A stretch of DNA of 64,000 nt, taken from assembly GCA_036570125.1 (NCBI GenBank), contig DATCPK010000161.1, positions 4,224-68,223 on the forward strand, given 5' to 3'. The stretch's first letter is position 1. Every line of letters starts with the position of its first letter. This stretch comes from Candidatus Limnocylindria bacterium. GTDB taxonomy: Bacteria > Chloroflexota > Limnocylindria > P2-11E. Positions 9,238 to 19,677 of this stretch are shown here, in pieces. A model generated the notes under the pieces. That model ran no database searches, was not told the origin of the DNA, and worked only from the letters and a program-made list of their open reading frames with translations. The position numbers and the translations under genes are program-made.

Positions 9238-10122
9238 TCAGGCGGTCGGTGCGGTAGGAGACGCTGGCCGGCGAGTCCGGGCGGCGAAGATCACCGCGAC
9301 GAAGGCGAGGAGCGGGAGCCAACCGAAGACGATCAGCCAGATCACCGCATCGGCGAACACCTGGAGCATCGCGCCGAGCGCAGCGAGCGCGCGGCCGACG
9401 GTCTTGGCGGGGTCCCAGACCTTGCTGGTCGTGTCGCCGGGCAAGGCAGAGATCGTCGAGATGGACATCGAGATCGTCGAGAAGTCGGTACGCTGCTTGA
9501 TGCCGTTGATCTGAGCGGTGAGCTGCTCGATCTGTGTGCGAACGCTACCGAGTGACGCATCGACCTTGAGGATCTCGTCGATGGTGTTCGCGCGGTTCAG
9601 GATCGCGATGTAGCGCTGCTCTTCCGCCTGCTTCGCGGTGAGCCTCGCCTGCAGATCCACGAACTGATCGGTCACGTCCTGCGCGCTCACGCCCGAGGTC
9701 TGGACCTCACCCTCGAGGCTCTTGAGCTGCTGGAGCGCATCGCCGAACCGGCTCGACGGCACGCGGATGGTGAGGCTCGCGCTGCGCGAGTCGGCCGTGC
9801 CGCTCTGCGACAGGTTCAGGACATCGCCGCCGAGGCCGCTCGCGATCGCCTGCGCGCGGTCGCTCGTGGCCCACGGGTCCTTGGAGCGCATGTCTATCTT
9901 CGCGGTGAGGATCAGGTTGCGGTCGCCGCTGACGACGACCGTGGGGACGCCCGCATCGGGAGCGGTCGCCGCGATCCCGCTGTAGCCGGAAGCGGCATCC
10001 GCAGCCGGGGCCGGAGCGCCGACCTCGGTCTTGCCACCGACGGTGGCGGAGGGGCCGCTTGCCGTCTGCGAGCAGGCCACAAGGAGCAGCGGGGCCGCGA
10101 TGAGAAGGGCGAACTTACGCAT
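9238..10122 (-). CDS. Secreted lipoprotein with coiled-coil region and C-terminal TM anchor (DUF4349-like).
   Basis: Lipobox LLLVACSQ. Long Ala/Gln-rich helical region. C-terminal hydrophobic VIWLIVFGWLPLLAFVAVIFAA. Confidence 0.55.
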   Translation of the reverse strand: MRKFALLIAAPLLLVACSQTASGPSATVGGKTEVGAPAPAADAASGYSGIAATAPDAGVPTVVVSGDRNLILTAKIDMRSKDPWATSDRAQAIASGLGGDVLNLSQSGTADSRSASLTIRVPSSRFGDALQQLKSLEGEVQTSGVSAQDVTDQFVDLQARLTAKQAEEQRYIAILNRANTIDEILKVDASLGSVRTQIEQLTAQINGIKQRTDFSTISMSISTISALPGDTTSKVWDPAKTVGRALAALGAMLQVFADAVIWLIVFGWLPLLAFVAVIFAARTRRPASPTAPTA

Positions 10123-10173
10123 CGTTTCACCAGCTTTCGGCGGTCTTGTGTGCGTAGACGTCAGGCAGGCTGG

Positions 10174-10977
10174 CTAGGTTCCCCAGCGGTCCCCAAAGAG
10201 CTTTCTGGCGTTCTGGGCGATCTCTGCGGCCAGGTCGCCGATCTCGGCGCCGCGCTCGCGGGCCAAGGCTGCGTGGGTCGCCGCCACGTACAGGGGTTCA
10301 TTCCGGCGGCCCCGGGCGTTCTGGGGCGCCAGGTAGGGAGCGTCGGTTTCGGCGAGGAGCCGATCCGCCGGGACCAGCGCCGCGGCGGCGCGGAGCCGGT
10401 CGCTGCCGGGATACGTGAGCGTTCCGGCGAACGAGACGTGGAGGCCGAGCTCGAGCCACCGCGGAAGCTCCTGCGGACCCTCGCTGTAGCAATGGATCAT
10501 GCCGCGAACCTGGACACCCTCGCCGAGGATCGCCCGCACGCGATCGCCGGCATCGCGCACGTGAATGACGACCGGAAGATCGAGAAGCGCCGCGAGCCCG
10601 AGCTGAGCGCGGAAGGCGGCCTCCTGCGCGTCGGGTGACGCGCTGCGTCCCGAGAAATCCATACCGATCTCGCCGATCGCGACGACGCGCGGATCGCGCG
10701 CGAGCTCCATGAGTCGATCAAGCGCGTCCGGTCCCCACGAGTCGGCGCGATGCGGGTGAACACCGACCGCGACACGAAGATCGCCGTGATGTGCCGCGAG
10801 CGTGAGAGCCTCCTCGCTCGACGCGACGTCCTCTCCCGCCGTGAGGACGCGTTCGATGCCCGCCTTCCGCGCGCGTTCGAGCACCTCCGCCACATCGGCC
10901 GCGAACCGGCGATCGGTGAGATGTGCGTGCGCGTCGATCACGGCGGGAGGGTAACGTTCACTGATGGCGGAGCGCAT
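10174..10977 (-). CDS. tatD: TatD-family metal-dependent hydrolase (DNase).
   Basis: [17 protein letters not shown] and HCYSEG motifs. Start uncertain (divergent from metG, minor overlap). Confidence 0.8.
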   Translation of the reverse strand: MRSAISERYPPAVIDAHAHLTDRRFAADVAEVLERARKAGIERVLTAGEDVASSEEALTLAAHHGDLRVAVGVHPHRADSWGPDALDRLMELARDPRVVAIGEIGMDFSGRSASPDAQEAAFRAQLGLAALLDLPVVIHVRDAGDRVRAILGEGVQVRGMIHCYSEGPQELPRWLELGLHVSFAGTLTYPGSDRLRAAAALVPADRLLAETDAPYLAPQNARGRRNEPLYVAATHAALARERGAEIGDLAAEIAQNARKLFGDRWGT

Positions 10978-12757
10978 TTTTGTCGCGGTGGCGTGGCCGT
11001 ACACGAACGGCCCGCGGCATCTCGGGCATGTCGCCGGCTTCGGCGTGCCGTCGGACGTCTTCGCTCGCTACCACCGCCTGGTGGGCAACGACGTGCTCAT
11101 GGTGAGCGGAACCGATGAGCACGGGACACCGAATCTGATCCAGGCCGACGCCGAGGGCCTGACCGCGAAGGAAGCCGTCGATAAGTACAGCCGCATCATC
11201 AGCGAGGATCTGCGGTCGCTCGGGTTGTCGTACGACCTCTTCACTCGGACGACCACGGACAACCATCGGGTCGTCGTCCAGGACGTCTTCAAGACGCTCT
11301 TCGACAAGGGCTACCTCATCAAGAAGACCGCGATGGGCGCGTTCCAGGAGGCCACGGGACGCACGCTTCCCGACCGCTACATCGAGGGCACGTGCCCGAT
11401 CTGCGGATATCCGAGCGCGCGCGGCGATCAGTGCGACAACTGCGGCAACCAGCTCGATCCCGACCAGCTCATCGATCCGCGCTCACGCATCGACGGGTCG
11501 AAGCCGATCTTCAAACAGACCGAGCACTTCTATCTCGACCTGCCGGCGTTCACCGAGCCGCTCACGAAGTGGATCTCCAAGCAGGACCACTGGCGACCGA
11601 ACGTGCGGAACTTCTCGCTCAACTACATCGCGGACCTCAAGCCGCGCGCGATCACTCGCGACATCGACTGGGGCGTGCCGATCCCGCTCCCCGGCTGGCA
11701 GGAGCGGCCCGACAAACGGATGTACGTGTGGTTCGACGCGGTGATCGGTTATTTCTCGGCCGCGGTCGAGTGGGCGGGCATGGTCGGACGGCCCGACGCC
11801 TGGCGCGACTGGTGGCAGGACCCGAAGTCGCGGCACTTTTATTTCATGGGCAAGGACAACATCGTCTTTCATACGACGATCTGGCCAGCGATCTTGCTCG
11901 GGTACGGGAACGGCGGCACCATCGCGGGCGGCAAGGGCGAGCCCCTTCAGCTTCCGTACAACGTCGTGTCGAGCGAGTTCCTGACGATGGAGGGCCGCAA
12001 GTTCTCGACGAGCCGCGGCGTGTCCATCTACGTGAACGATTTCCTCTCGCGTTACGACCCCGACGCGCTCCGGTTCTATCTGATGCTCGCCGGGCCCGAG
12101 ACGCAGGACACCGACTTCACGTGGGCCGACTTCGTCCGCCGCAACAACGACGAGCTCGTCGCGACATGGGGAAACCTCGCGCATCGAACGCTCGTCAACG
12201 CACATCGTCGGTTCGGCGAGGTGCCACGTCCTGGCGAGCTCACGGCCGCCGACAAGACGTTGATCGAGACGGTCGAGTCCGGATTCGAGAAGGTCGGCGA
12301 CCATCTCGAGGGCGCGCGTTTTCGCGCGGCGCTGCAGGAATTGCTTCACCTCTCGGCGCTCGTCAATCAGTACCTGACCGAGACGGAGCCGTGGAAGCTG
12401 ATCACGACAGATCGCGAGAGGGCGGGGACCGTCCTTTATGTAGCGCTCCGGAGCGTCGACGCGCTCAAGGTGATGTTCGCGCCCTTCCTGCCGTTCTCCA
12501 GCCAGAAGCTTCACGAGTACCTGGGCTACGACAGCCAGATCGCGGGCGCCCCAGAGCGCCGCACGGTCCGTGAATCCGACGGCTCCTCGCATGACGTGCT
12601 CACCGGTGACTACACGAAGTGGGCCGGCTCGTGGAAGCCGCCGACGCTGCCCGTCGGGCAGAAGCTCCGCACGCCGGAGCCCCTGTTCAAGAAGCTCGAC
12701 CCCGACGTCGTGATCGCCGAGGAGCTCCGGCGTATGGAGGAGCGCGGCGGGAAGTGA
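10964..12757 (+). CDS. metG: Methionyl-tRNA synthetase.
   Basis: HLGH (HIGH) motif, KFSTSRG (KMSKS) motif, zinc knuckle CPICGYP...CDNCG. Confidence 0.95.
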   Translation: MAERIFVAVAWPYTNGPRHLGHVAGFGVPSDVFARYHRLVGNDVLMVSGTDEHGTPNLIQADAEGLTAKEAVDKYSRIISEDLRSLGLSYDLFTRTTTDNHRVVVQDVFKTLFDKGYLIKKTAMGAFQEATGRTLPDRYIEGTCPICGYPSARGDQCDNCGNQLDPDQLIDPRSRIDGSKPIFKQTEHFYLDLPAFTEPLTKWISKQDHWRPNVRNFSLNYIADLKPRAITRDIDWGVPIPLPGWQERPDKRMYVWFDAVIGYFSAAVEWAGMVGRPDAWRDWWQDPKSRHFYFMGKDNIVFHTTIWPAILLGYGNGGTIAGGKGEPLQLPYNVVSSEFLTMEGRKFSTSRGVSIYVNDFLSRYDPDALRFYLMLAGPETQDTDFTWADFVRRNNDELVATWGNLAHRTLVNAHRRFGEVPRPGELTAADKTLIETVESGFEKVGDHLEGARFRAALQELLHLSALVNQYLTETEPWKLITTDRERAGTVLYVALRSVDALKVMFAPFLPFSSQKLHEYLGYDSQIAGAPERRTVRESDGSSHDVLTGDYTKWAGSWKPPTLPVGQKLRTPEPLFKKLDPDVVIAEELRRMEERGGK

Positions 12758-14193
12758 GACGCCTCTGGGCGTTCGCGGTCACCGCCTCACTAGCGCTCGG
12801 TGCTTGCTCCTCGGCCGGTCCAGCCGCGACCTCGCCGACCGCGTCCTCATCCGCGGTCCTCGTCGCGCCCGCGACCGCGTTCGACGCGGCGAAGGCGAAG
12901 GCGCACGTCGACTATCTCGCCGACCCGGCGCGAGGCGGGCGCTACTCCGGTTCCGCCGGGTACCGCGACGCGGCCACATACGTCGCCGACCGCTTCCGTG
13001 ACATAGGGCTCGAGCCCCTCGGCGACAACGGCACGTTCTTCCAGCACTTCACGATGCCCATCGTCGATCTGACCGAGATGTCGACGCTCACGGGTCCCGG
13101 CGGGAGGACCTACCGGCCGCGCGTCGACTTCACGGAAAGCGTCGGCGGTCGATCGGGCTCGGGCAAAGTGGAGGCCGAGATCGCGGCGGTCGGAGGCGCC
13201 GCGCGCGGCGGTGGATTGGATGACTTCGCCGGCGCGAACGTGCGCGGGAAGATCGCGCTCGTGACCGGGCCCTCGGCGCCGAACGGCGGCAGCTCCGTCG
13301 AAAACGCGTACCAGGAGGGTGCGATCGGCGTGCTCATCGTCGGCGGCGCGACGCTTCGGTACTCGTACATCCCGCGCCTGCAGAGCGAGACCGTCCCGAC
13401 GTTCGTGATCAGCCAGGAGGTCGCGGATCAGCTGCTCGGGCCGAGCGGAAGGACGGTGGCGACCGCGCAGGATCTCGTGCGCGCGCGCCGATCCAATACG
13501 AGCGCGCCCGCGTCGGGATTCGACGTGCCGACAACCGTGCGTATGACCGTGTCGCTCGGGCCGGTGCACGACGTCGACGCGATCAACGTCGTCGGGCTGT
13601 TGCGCTCACCCGATCCGAACAACGCGCAGCGCGCGGTCCTCGTCGGCGGGCACCTGGACGGCGTCGGCACCGACCCCGACGGCGCGATCTTCCAGGCCGC
13701 CAACGACAACGCGTCTGGGCCTGCAGTGACGATCGAGGTCGCGCGGGCGCTCGCCGGATCGCGCGCATCGCTCAGCCATTCCGTGGTCTTCGTCGCGTTC
13801 GCCGGCGAGGAAGAGGGCTACTACGGCTCGGAGGCATACATCGCGCAGATGGCGGTCGCCCCCGGCCGGGTCGAAAGCCTCGTGGCGGTGTTGAACCTCG
13901 ACGTGATCGGCTGCTGCAGCGACACGCTGCTCGTGTCGAACGAAGCGCCGGATCTGCAGCGCCGAGTTCGCGACGCCGCGACGAAGCTGGGCGTCGCAAG
14001 CGATGCGACCGGGTCCGGCGGGAGCGATCAGCAGAGCTTCGCGCGCCGCCGGGTTCCGGCCGTGTTCATCGGCGCCGCCGATTTCATCCTGCATGTGTAC
14101 GCGGACAAGCCTTCGGTGGTCCTTGAGAGCCGTCTCCAGAAGGCCGGCGACGTCGTCACCGCGGTCGCGAAGGACATCGCCAGCGCGCCTTAG
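12754..14193 (+). CDS. M28 family aminopeptidase with PA domain; lipoprotein.
   Basis: [26 protein letters not shown] zinc-binding region. GTG start overlaps the metG stop (GTGA). Signal peptide [17 protein letters not shown]. Confidence 0.8.
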   Translation: MRRLWAFAVTASLALGACSSAGPAATSPTASSSAVLVAPATAFDAAKAKAHVDYLADPARGGRYSGSAGYRDAATYVADRFRDIGLEPLGDNGTFFQHFTMPIVDLTEMSTLTGPGGRTYRPRVDFTESVGGRSGSGKVEAEIAAVGGAARGGGLDDFAGANVRGKIALVTGPSAPNGGSSVENAYQEGAIGVLIVGGATLRYSYIPRLQSETVPTFVISQEVADQLLGPSGRTVATAQDLVRARRSNTSAPASGFDVPTTVRMTVSLGPVHDVDAINVVGLLRSPDPNNAQRAVLVGGHLDGVGTDPDGAIFQAANDNASGPAVTIEVARALAGSRASLSHSVVFVAFAGEEEGYYGSEAYIAQMAVAPGRVESLVAVLNLDVIGCCSDTLLVSNEAPDLQRRVRDAATKLGVASDATGSGGSDQQSFARRRVPAVFIGAADFILHVYADKPSVVLESRLQKAGDVVTAVAKDIASAP

Positions 14194-15014
14194 GTCGCGG
14201 CGATCTCCGCAGCGCGTTCGCCGATCGTCTTCGCCACCTCGTCGCGCTCGCGCTGTCCGAATCCGTCAGACGAAAGCATCTCGACCGCGGCGAGGTCGCG
14301 GTACAGGACGCGCACCAGGCGCCTCGCCTCCGTCGGCGCGCGGCCGAGCCACTCGAGCGTCTTATCCACCTGGACCGTGTGCTGGATCATGTGCGCCTCG
14401 AACCGGTGCAGGCGGAAGCGGATCGGCTTGAGGCCGTCCCAGAACCCGGCGAGCTTCTCAAGATCCTCGTCGCGTAGATCGCCGAGCTCGCGAAGCACGC
14501 GGCGGTGGATCTCGAAGATCGCGTTGCGTACGTCCGAGATGCCGCCCGGAAGCGAGTCGGGCGCGGCGTATCCGTGCTCCTTGCGCCACGAGGGCCAGCG
14601 GTCGCCGGCCTCATCCTCATCCGCCGGCCGGCCCGGGTCGCGCGCGTATTGAACGGTGCCGAGAAAGCCGTACTCGGCGCCGAGCATGTGCGCGATCACC
14701 TCGCGTAGCGGCCACTCCCGCTCTTTCGGGACGCGGTCAAGGTCGTCGTCGTGGACGCCGGCCAGCGCGCCGGTCAGATCGCGATAGGCATGGTGGTACT
14801 GGCCGAGGATGCGTTGCGCCTGCGTTGGTGGCGCCGGTCGCATCGCGGCGAGCCGAACCGCGAGGTCGCGCACCTCGTGCTGCGCCATGAGAAGGGCGAA
14901 CCGCAGTCCTTCCTCGTCGTACTCCCGCCACACCCACGTCCGGTCCATTTCGGAGTCGGGCAGATCGACGGTCGTGCGGACCAGCGCCTCGACGGCCTGC
15001 GTGACGGTCAGCAT
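14190..15014 (-). CDS. DinB_2/MDMPI-like four-helix-bundle metalloprotein (the family that includes thiol S-transferases and maleylpyruvate isomerase).
   Basis: 274 aa with conserved His-rich helices (MAQHEVRD, VIAHMLGAEYGF, RFEAHMIQH). Start codon overlaps the stop of the GCS2 gene by 1 nt. Confidence 0.55.
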   Translation of the reverse strand: MLTVTQAVEALVRTTVDLPDSEMDRTWVWREYDEEGLRFALLMAQHEVRDLAVRLAAMRPAPPTQAQRILGQYHHAYRDLTGALAGVHDDDLDRVPKEREWPLREVIAHMLGAEYGFLGTVQYARDPGRPADEDEAGDRWPSWRKEHGYAAPDSLPGGISDVRNAIFEIHRRVLRELGDLRDEDLEKLAGFWDGLKPIRFRLHRFEAHMIQHTVQVDKTLEWLGRAPTEARRLVRVLYRDLAAVEMLSSDGFGQRERDEVAKTIGERAAEIAAT

Positions 15015-16138
15015 TACAGCGCGACGACCGGCACGCCGGCGATCGTCTCCGCGGCGACGCTGTCGACGACCGCATGGAGGTGGCCCGTTTCCTTCCACAC
15101 ACGGATCTGGCGGTCCGCGCTCGTCCCTTCGCGGACGATCGTCTCGAGGTACTCCACTTCTTTGCGCGAGCCTAGCGCGTCCACCACGTCGTCGATGAAC
15201 TCGAGCAGCTCGACGGCGAGCTCCCTCATGGGCACCTCGGTCTGCTTGCCGAAGTCGATCAGCTTGGCGTCCATACCGCCGCGCATGGCGCGCCACTTGT
15301 TCTCCTGGATGAGGCTCGGCAGGTAGCGGCGGAAGCCCAGGTTCTTCTCGCGAAGGACGAGAAGCTTCGCGGAGATGGCCTGGATGAGCGCCGCGATGCA
15401 CAGGGTCTCCTCGACGCGCGTGGCCGCATCGCACACGCGGAACTCGATCGTGGGGAAGAACGCGTGCGGCCGCAGGTCCCACCAGATCTTGCGTCCGTTG
15501 TCGATCGACTTCGTCTTCACGAGAAGCTCGACGAAGTTCTCGTACTCGTCGTAGCTCGAGAATTGCGGCGGGATCCCAGTGCGCGGGAAGCGGCCCCAGA
15601 TGACCTGGCGGTACGACTTCAAGCCGGTGTTGCGCGCGAGCCAGAACGGCGACGACGTCGAGATCGCGAGGAGATGCGGAAGGAAATACCGCGCCTCGTT
15701 CATCACCTCGACGCGGCCCTCGCGATCCGGAATGCCAACGTGCACGTGCAGTCCGAAGATCAGCAGCTCGCGGATGACGTCCTGCAGCTCGTCCTCGAGG
15801 ATCTTGTAGCGCTCCGCCTCGGTGACCTGCTGGTCCTGCCAGTGCGAGAACGGGTGCGTTCCGGCCGACGCGATGCGCAGGCCGGCCGGCGCGAGCAGCG
15901 CGGCGAGCGTCCCGCGAAGGGTCGTGATCTCGGCGCGCGCCTCGCTGATGTCGGCGCAGATCTTCGTGCCCGCCTCGATGACCGACTGCATCATCTCGGC
16001 CTTGATTTGATCGCCGAGTCGCGGAGCCGCGGCCGCGAGAAGCGTCTCGCTGTGGCTCTTCAGCTGCCCCTCGCCGTCGACGATCTGGAACTCTTCCTCG
16101 ATCCCGATGGTGAGACGCGGGACGTTCGTCTGTCTCAT
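15014..16138 (-). CDS. Carboxylate-amine ligase of the GCS2 family (YbdK-like gamma-glutamyl:cysteine ligase type).
   Basis: N-terminus LTIGIEEEFQIVD plus conserved GTHPFS and FWLARNTG blocks. 374 aa. Confidence 0.85.
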   Translation of the reverse strand: MRQTNVPRLTIGIEEEFQIVDGEGQLKSHSETLLAAAAPRLGDQIKAEMMQSVIEAGTKICADISEARAEITTLRGTLAALLAPAGLRIASAGTHPFSHWQDQQVTEAERYKILEDELQDVIRELLIFGLHVHVGIPDREGRVEVMNEARYFLPHLLAISTSSPFWLARNTGLKSYRQVIWGRFPRTGIPPQFSSYDEYENFVELLVKTKSIDNGRKIWWDLRPHAFFPTIEFRVCDAATRVEETLCIAALIQAISAKLLVLREKNLGFRRYLPSLIQENKWRAMRGGMDAKLIDFGKQTEVPMRELAVELLEFIDDVVDALGSRKEVEYLETIVREGTSADRQIRVWKETGHLHAVVDSVAAETIAGVPVVAL

Positions 16139-17463
16139 CGCCGGCCACCCGCGATGACGTAGGTTGGCACGACGCTGCCGGCGCCCGCGGTCACGTTGAG
16201 CAGGGCGCTCGACGACACGCGCGCGAGGCAGCCCGAGACCGTGCCCCAGAAGAGATACGGGTTGTGGTCGATCGAAAGATCGAGGAAATGGACGCCGCCG
16301 AGGACGACCGGGAACGGGTGGCGCGGCACGTCGACGCGCTCCTGCACCACATACGAGCTCGCGAGCGCCGCGAGAAAGGATTGCTCCCACTCGTGCTGAT
16401 CGATCGTCCAGCCGAGCACCACGCCCTTGCCGCCGTACTCGTCGTTGGGCTTCAACACCAGCCGGTCGCGGTGCGCGATGACGAAGTCGCCAAGGTCGAT
16501 GACCTTTCCGCCGTACGTCGTGTGGCCCTCGCGGATCTTCCGCGTCCACGGGATGTGCTTCGCGATCGCCGCGCGCTGGGGCGGCGTGTAGAGCGCGGCG
16601 TAGCGGTCGTCTGAAAGGAGCGCGAGGCTCATCTTCTTGTGGAGGAGCTTGGCGCGGAAGCTGTTCACGACGGTCACCGCGCCCTCGAGATACGCGCGAA
16701 CGAGAGGCCGCGAGACGTCGTCCTTCGCGAGGAGCTCGCTCGTCAGCACGCGCCGATATACGAGGTTGATCGGCTTTCCGCGCGCGCGAAGCGTGCCGCG
16801 CGAATAGGTCAGATCGTCCGGCGCGCAGATCACGGTCGGCACGCCGCGCGACTCGAAGTACCGCTGAAACATCTCGAACTCGGTGAGGGTCGGCAGACCG
16901 CGCCAGTCGACGATCGCGATCGAGGGCGAGCGCTCCGACCGCGACCGATGGGCGCGCAGCATCGCCGTGAGCTGGCGCCCGCGCGTCGGGACGACGCTGC
17001 ACGAAAACTTCTTGCGGAACAGCTTCATCACCGGCAGCGATGCGAAGACCTGCGCGAGCTCGTCGTTGTATGCCATGCCCGCCGGCGATTCCGCGTTGTA
17101 TTCGACGAACCGAATCACGCCGTCCTCTCCGATGAAGCCATCGAGGCGCGCCGAGGGAGATGCCGCGCGGAAGCCGGGATCGCGCACCGCGAGCGCCTCT
17201 TCCTGCGGGTCGAGGTCGAGCTCGCGTCGCAGGTCCTCGTCGGCGAGCAGCGCCCGCTCGAGCCGCCCGAGAGCCGCGTAGATCGTCTGCGACGCTTCGT
17301 TCACGGCCGCGTACTGCCAGTCGCTGACGAGATTGGGCCGCAGCGAGACGCAGAGGGGCCGATCGCCGAAGACGAGCCTGCGTTTCCGCTGGCCTTCGGT
17401 GAGCACGGACGCGCTCGCCTCAGCGAGCTCCGGATCCTCCAGGAGCTCGTGGTACGCGACCAC
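16135..17463 (-). CDS. Circularly permuted ATP-grasp amidoligase (type 2; glutathionylspermidine-synthase-like).
   Basis: VNSFRAKLLHKKMSLALLSD and VLKPNDEYGGKGVVLGW blocks resemble the GspS/CP-ATP-grasp family. GTG start chosen to avoid a 160-nt overlap with the upstream gene. Confidence 0.55.
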   Translation of the reverse strand: MVAYHELLEDPELAEASASVLTEGQRKRRLVFGDRPLCVSLRPNLVSDWQYAAVNEASQTIYAALGRLERALLADEDLRRELDLDPQEEALAVRDPGFRAASPSARLDGFIGEDGVIRFVEYNAESPAGMAYNDELAQVFASLPVMKLFRKKFSCSVVPTRGRQLTAMLRAHRSRSERSPSIAIVDWRGLPTLTEFEMFQRYFESRGVPTVICAPDDLTYSRGTLRARGKPINLVYRRVLTSELLAKDDVSRPLVRAYLEGAVTVVNSFRAKLLHKKMSLALLSDDRYAALYTPPQRAAIAKHIPWTRKIREGHTTYGGKVIDLGDFVIAHRDRLVLKPNDEYGGKGVVLGWTIDQHEWEQSFLAALASSYVVQERVDVPRHPFPVVLGGVHFLDLSIDHNPYLFWGTVSGCLARVSSSALLNVTAGAGSVVPTYVIAGGRR

Positions 17464-17498
17464 GGGGTCGCGCGCCGTCGAGGCCGGCCGCCGTCGCG

Positions 17499-18464
17499 CT
17501 AGCGCACGTGCCGCCACCACCGATGCTCCCCCTTCCACGGCGGCTCCGCCTGCCCCGTGGCGTATGCGATGACGAGATCGCTCATCTTCTCGAGGACCCA
17601 CGCGAAGTTGTCCTCTTTGATCGAGAAACTGTCGAAGTCCGGAGCGGGATTGAGCCAATCGATCGCGTAGAGCTCACCGTCGCGAATCGCGAACTCGACA
17701 GTGTCCATGTCATAGCCGAGCGCGTCGGTGAGGCGGATCGCGTTGAGGATGGCGCGGGTGCGCAGATCACCCTCGACCGGACGGCTGATGACGTACCGCT
17801 CGTGGAATGGCGCGGTCGGGTCGTATCGGATCGGAAGAACATCCTTGCGGCCGATCGCGATGCAGCGGATGTAGTCCTCCCACTTGATGAACTCCTGAAG
17901 GATCATCGTCTTCGGCCGGTACCCCGGCGAGAGCCCGCCAGACTGGTCGTAGGCCCAGATGAGCTCCTCTTTCGTGTCGACGCGATAGACGTCCTTCCAT
18001 CCGCCGCCGGTGTTCGGCTTGAGGATGGCGGGCAGTCCCGTGTACGCGATGAGCGAGTCCCAATCGAGCGGGTACTGCAGGTTGCGCAGCGACTGGTCGG
18101 AGATGTCCGGGATGTACGCCTTGTTCGGCAGGGCCACGGTCTTCGGCACCGATACGCCGAGCATGCGCGCGAGCGTGCACTCGAAGAACTTCTCGTCGGC
18201 TTCCCACCAGAACGGGTCGTTCACGACCACCGTCCCCTGGAGGACCGCGCTTTTCAGGTGAGCCCGGTAATACGGGACCTCGTGGCTGATCCGATCGACG
18301 ATCACCGCGTACCGCTGAAGCTCGATCTCGCGCGCGCCGCCCAGGACGGCCATCTCGGCGCGCACGCCCTTGGCGGCGCCCTTGCGATTGACCGTTTCGA
18401 TGAACGGGCCGGGGAACGTGTTCTCGCGGCCGATGAGAAGGCCGACAACTTTTTCGTCGCTCAT
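17499..18464 (-). CDS. Classical ATP-grasp domain ligase (RimK/GshB-like fold).
   Basis: ILKPNTGGGWKDVYRV phosphate loop, MILQEFI hinge, EFAIRDGELYAIDWLNPAPD. Start at MSDEKVVGLL. Confidence 0.6.
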   Translation of the reverse strand: MSDEKVVGLLIGRENTFPGPFIETVNRKGAAKGVRAEMAVLGGAREIELQRYAVIVDRISHEVPYYRAHLKSAVLQGTVVVNDPFWWEADEKFFECTLARMLGVSVPKTVALPNKAYIPDISDQSLRNLQYPLDWDSLIAYTGLPAILKPNTGGGWKDVYRVDTKEELIWAYDQSGGLSPGYRPKTMILQEFIKWEDYIRCIAIGRKDVLPIRYDPTAPFHERYVISRPVEGDLRTRAILNAIRLTDALGYDMDTVEFAIRDGELYAIDWLNPAPDFDSFSIKEDNFAWVLEKMSDLVIAYATGQAEPPWKGEHRWWRHVR

Positions 18465-19168
18465 ATGTACCTGTCCACCATGTCCTTCCAGTACGGCCAA
18501 TCGTGCGCCCAGCCGTCCCAGATATCGAGTTCGGCCGGCACGCCCTTCTCCTGCAGCACGGCCGCGAGGCGCTTCGATTCGTCGACGTTCGCATCGTCGC
18601 GGCCGGTTGCGATGATGATCTCCGTCGCCCGGAGGGGCGCGAGATAGCGATCGTCGTTCAGATTCGCGAGGAACGCGAGTGGATTCACGAAGTACGCCTC
18701 TCCACTCCGATCGCCGTCCAGCCAACGTGCGGTGTCGTACGCGCCGGACATGCCGACGGCCTTTCGCGCGATGCCCGGGCGCCGTGTCACGAACGAGAGC
18801 GCGTGAAACGCGCCGAACGAGGCTCCGGCAACGATGAGCTGATCGACCGCGTTCGTGAAGCGGATCGCGGGCAGGACCTCGTCGACGAGATATCGCTCGT
18901 ACGCGAGATGCCGGCGCGCGCGGTCCTGCGGCGCCGCCGTTTTGTTGTAGAAGGACTCGCCATCGATCGAGTCGACACACCAGAGCTGGACCCAACCGGC
19001 TTCGATCCGCGGCGCCATGTGCGCCACGATGCCGAAGTCCTCCCATTGGTAGAACCGGCCCATCGAGGTCGGAAACACGAGCACGGGCGCGCCGCGGTCG
19101 CCGAAGACGAGCAGCTCCATGTCACGTCCGAGCGCGGGGCTCCACCATTTCCGGTACTCGCGGTTCAC
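18461..19168 (-). CDS. Putative esterase (esterase D / alpha-beta hydrolase family).
   Basis: VAGASFGAFHAL nucleophile elbow region. ATGA overlap with the ATP-grasp gene; GTG start (GTGA) overlaps the ppa stop. Confidence 0.55.
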   Translation of the reverse strand: MNREYRKWWSPALGRDMELLVFGDRGAPVLVFPTSMGRFYQWEDFGIVAHMAPRIEAGWVQLWCVDSIDGESFYNKTAAPQDRARRHLAYERYLVDEVLPAIRFTNAVDQLIVAGASFGAFHALSFVTRRPGIARKAVGMSGAYDTARWLDGDRSGEAYFVNPLAFLANLNDDRYLAPLRATEIIIATGRDDANVDESKRLAAVLQEKGVPAELDIWDGWAHDWPYWKDMVDRYI

Positions 19169-19677
19169 GACGTCCTCCGTGCGCGGCCGCGTGCGTCGCC
19201 GATCAGCTTCCACGCCACATCGGCATCGTGCCAGCCTTTCACTTCGGACGACTTGTTGCTCTCGAGCTCCTTGTAGGTGGCGAAGAACGTCTCGATCTCG
19301 CGCAGCCAGTGCTTCCCCAGATCGCCGAGGGCCTGGACCTCGTCGAACCGCGGATCGCCGACGGGTACGGCGAGGATTTTCTCGTCGTCGCCGTGCTCGT
19401 CGCGCATAAGGAGCGTGCCGATCGGCCGAGAGGGCACCACGCAACCTGGGAACGTCGGCTCCTCGACCACGATGAGGGCATCGAGCGGATCGCCGTCTCC
19501 GCCGATCGTGTCCATGACGAAGCCGTAGTCGGCGGGGTAGTGCACCGAAGAGAAGAGGACGCGGTCGAGGCGGATTCGGCCGGTCTTCTGGTCCATCTCG
19601 TATTTGGCGCGCGAGCCTTTTGGGATCTCTACGAGGACGTCAACGCTCTGATCCTGGCTCCCGCTCCTCACGCACAT
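19165..19677 (-). CDS. ppa: Inorganic pyrophosphatase.
   Basis: Family I PPase blocks: PADYGFV, DGDPLDALIV, DEKILAV. Confidence 0.9.
   Translation of the reverse strand: MCVRSGSQDQSVDVLVEIPKGSRAKYEMDQKTGRIRLDRVLFSSVHYPADYGFVMDTIGGDGDPLDALIVVEEPTFPGCVVPSRPIGTLLMRDEHGDDEKILAVPVGDPRFDEVQALGDLGKHWLREIETFFATYKELESNKSSEVKGWHDADVAWKLIGDARGRARRTS

Noticed and set aside
14190-16148. 652-aa ORF spanning the DinB_2 gene and most of the GCS2 gene.
   Set aside because: It is a run-on of the DinB_2 frame through the GCS2 gene in high-GC DNA. The conserved YbdK protein is in another frame (15014..16138) and the DinB-like protein starts at 15014.
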